This document shows positions 62,353 through 64,000 of a stretch of 64,000 bases of DNA, piece after piece. The translations under genes were made by a program, and so were the position numbers. The stretch is from Callorhinchus milii (Eukaryota): positions 29,514,001 through 29,578,000 of the forward strand of contig NW_024704742.1 of the NCBI RefSeq assembly GCF_018977255.1, in the 5' to 3' direction. Each line of letters opens with the position of its first letter. Position 1 is the first letter of the stretch. The notes beneath the pieces were generated by a model that worked only from the letters and a program-made list of their open reading frames with translations, searched no databases and had not been told where the DNA came from.

Positions 62353-63391
62353 CGAACGAAGATGTGGAAAGCAATTCACCGGCACAATCTAATATCTGGA
62401 AGTTGAAAGCAAAAAAAGCAGTAAACATATGGTCATATTACCAGCCTACATACAGCTCCCCTGCTCAGCTGACTCCAGTCTCCTGCCTTCCTCGTCCCCT
62501 TTGCTCCACCTTGCACGGCTGTGCTTTCAGCCACGATACCTCAAAACTACGGAACTCTCTTCCCCAGTCCCTCTGTCTTGCCTCCTCCTTCCCCATCTTC
62601 AGGTCACACCCGAAGTCCTTTTGTGATCCAGTCCTCCTGATACTTGCTCCAGTATCAGGGCTCTCAGAGCATATTCACCACATCGCACATGCACGCTTCC
62701 TGCGATTCTGATGGACTTGATCAAAACAATTCTAAAATGAAGTCCTTTAAAAATGAATTGTTATCTGAAGAAGTCCATTGTGGGTTTCTAGAGGGAAGTA
62801 GACAGAGGATAGGGCAGTGCAGTGGGCTTGAAATGAACACACTGTGCTGGAAGCCAGTGCAGACTTAATGGCTTCTTTCTCTGTTGTAAATTTCTATGAT
62901 TTTATCTGTCAGATGTGAAATTGGAAAACAAAAAATGCAATATCTGATAAGTAAGGAGTGATACAAACTTTTGAAGTGCCCAGGGCTGATAGTTGCAGTT
63001 ACATAAAGTAGCTTGAATGAGTAGAATGCATGCTAGTATCTATATTGCTCCATGCTATTAGGCAAACATTAATGAACAAGGGCAGTCCCAAATCTTTTCT
63101 TCCACTGAAATGATATCTTTGGTGCTACTTCCTTTTCCTGTAGGCTATATTTCAGTGAATAAACACAGCCCATTTTCAGTTACTCCACGTTCTAGACACA
63201 GGCAATGGGATAGATCAAACCATAATAAATTACATATCCATTTGGAAAAGCAAGAGTTTACAGTAATAACCAATTCGCCTTTTCCACAACAGACTTTGCT
63301 TAATATTGAAAGGGGAGTTAGTTATCCATCATTATGATGATTTAGTTTGGGTTTTCCTTTGTGTCTGACTATTTCTGCTAACTGCTAACTG

Positions 63392-64000
63392 TGAGGCGAT
63401 GCTGGACTTCCTCGAATCCAAAGTTGAGGGGATCCGCTCAGCTGCCTCTGCCCTTCCATCGACTACCCCCTACCCATCTTCCCCTGGCTCCTACCCATCC
63501 ATCCCTCCTCTCTCACCACCACTATAAGCCGCATGAAACCGACCACCTGCACCCTCGACCCCATTCCTACCGCTCTCCTTACCTCCCAGCTCCACCTCCT
63601 TGCCCCTCTATTCACAGACATCATAAACGTCTCTCTGTCCACCTGTACCGTTTCCACCCCTTTAAAAATGGCCGTCATCACTCCTATCCTTAAAAAACCC
63701 TCCCTGGATCCATTCCTGCTCTGAAACTATCACCCCATCCCCAACCTCCCTTTCCTCTCCAAGGTCCTGGAATGAGTCATTGCTTCTCAGCTCCTTCCTC
63801 TGCCGCCAATCCCTTCATGAACCCCTCCAATCGGGATTCCGTGCTGTGCACAGCACAGAAACAGCTTTGGTCAAAGTGACAAATGGCATTCTGTCCATCT
63901 GCGACCAGGGCTCCCTCTGCCTCCTCATTCTCCCTGACCTCTCTGCTGCTTTCGACACCGTTGACCACTCTATTCTCATCCACCACCTCTCCTCTCACCT
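63392..64000 (+). mobile_element. L2 LINE RT fragment (runs off window)
   Basis: [51 protein letters not shown], with stops. Confidence 0.9.

Overview
Vertebrate genomic DNA, most likely from a cartilaginous fish. That assignment is an inference from dense tRNA-headed/Deu-type SINEs, L2 and CR1 LINEs and an intact malate synthase. Left to right: (1) a spliced malate synthase gene on the minus strand (12 exons, 454 codons reconstructed by hand, 3' end runs off the window), with a defective hAT/Charlie-type transposon in one intron; (2) a G-rich, repeat-laden divergent promoter region; (3) a 2-exon RAB33B-like gene on the plus strand; (4) a ~21 kb rearranged block (33.6-55 kb) with three copies of an intronless innate-immune-type gene; (5) a 6-exon, 227-aa four-TM CD20/MS4A-like gene on the minus strand. 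The most notable element is (4). It reads as an NLRP1/CARD8-like inflammasome sensor of unusual architecture: variable N-terminus, death-fold region, death domain, FIIND (His and L|SP autoproteolysis site at NLRP1 spacing, with a CARD-like helical insert inside ZU5), PB1-like domain, C-terminal CARD, and no NACHT/LRR. Two convergent paralogues have near-identical cores but very different N-termini and different lesions. A third truncated copy belongs to a large inverted duplication. All domain calls are by-eye motif comparisons and need HMM or structure confirmation.
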